From assembly GCA_965240495.1 (NCBI GenBank), contig OZ251267.1:1240001-1304000 (forward strand): a DNA stretch of 64,000 nt. The letters are read 5' to 3'. Position numbers and translations under genes: made by a program. Below, one piece after another: positions 63,502-64,000 of the stretch (position 1 is its first letter; every line of letters starts with the position of its first letter). Below the pieces are notes generated by a model. That model was not told where the DNA came from, searched no databases, and saw nothing but the letters and a program-made list of their open reading frames with translations. This DNA comes from Leotia lubrica (Eukaryota).

Positions 63502-64000
63502 TGTCAAAACCTAATAATGATCACATGTCATAGCTAAATGTCTAATGGAAAATCAGAGGCAAATTCTAAACTCTAAACTGAATGGAATATGGTAGAGAAA
63601 TTTGCCTCCAGCAAGCTTATTACCAGGGTCTACATACATACTAGGGGGACCCTAGTACATATATAAACGCCGGTAATCCAGGGCCTGCACCTAAGCATAT
63701 TTTTTAATTTGCACTCAGGATATGTAATCCTAACTGGGTTTTTTAGTAGGAGCCGGTCCTAAGCTAGTTTTCTAAAGCCTCGCCTTGCGAAGACTTTTCT
63801 GGATACTACACCCAGCTAAGTTTTTGACAAGAACTTAGACTCCAGGTGAAAGAAATTATTTAAAGAGGCAACTTTCAAACCTCCTGCCTAGTGCCTACAG
63901 CAACATAGATATTACTAGTACCTATGTTACTGTGCAAACCAGAAAACTTTCTGAAGCACTAGCTGGGTCTGCTTGTAACAATATGGCGATCCAGACCATA

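Larger units (their letters stand above)
55453..64000 (-). mobile_element. hAT DNA transposon with dioxygenase cargo (hAT-3), inverted; its left end lies beyond the window
   Basis: Reverse-complement colinearity with hAT-1 and hAT-2 over the transposase, minisatellite and cargo gene; terminus TAGACTG at 55453 with GGACCG arrays. Confidence 0.88.

Overview
Eukaryotic (filamentous-ascomycete-like) repeat cluster: short GT-AG introns with CTRAY branch sites, and roughly 90% nested transposons. The only host gene is a five-exon U2 snRNP A' gene (LEA1/SNRPA1) at 48985-50027. The backbone is a decayed Ty3/Gypsy element. Inserted into it or beside it are four copies of an ~8 kb hAT DNA transposon (TIR TAGACTGGCC, 8-bp TSDs), a Fot1/pogo element, a young chromoviral Gypsy, non-autonomous LTR elements and several solo LTRs. 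Two things stand out. (1) The hAT family carries a second gene upstream of its transposase, encoding a 2OG-Fe(II) dioxygenase with fungal TET/JBP-type motifs; this could be a self-encoded DNA-modification or anti-silencing module. (2) The young chromovirus carries an intact, intron-containing antisense gene encoding a divergent six-cysteine zinc-cluster-like protein between pol and its 3' LTR. All family assignments come from motifs read by eye; no database search was run.
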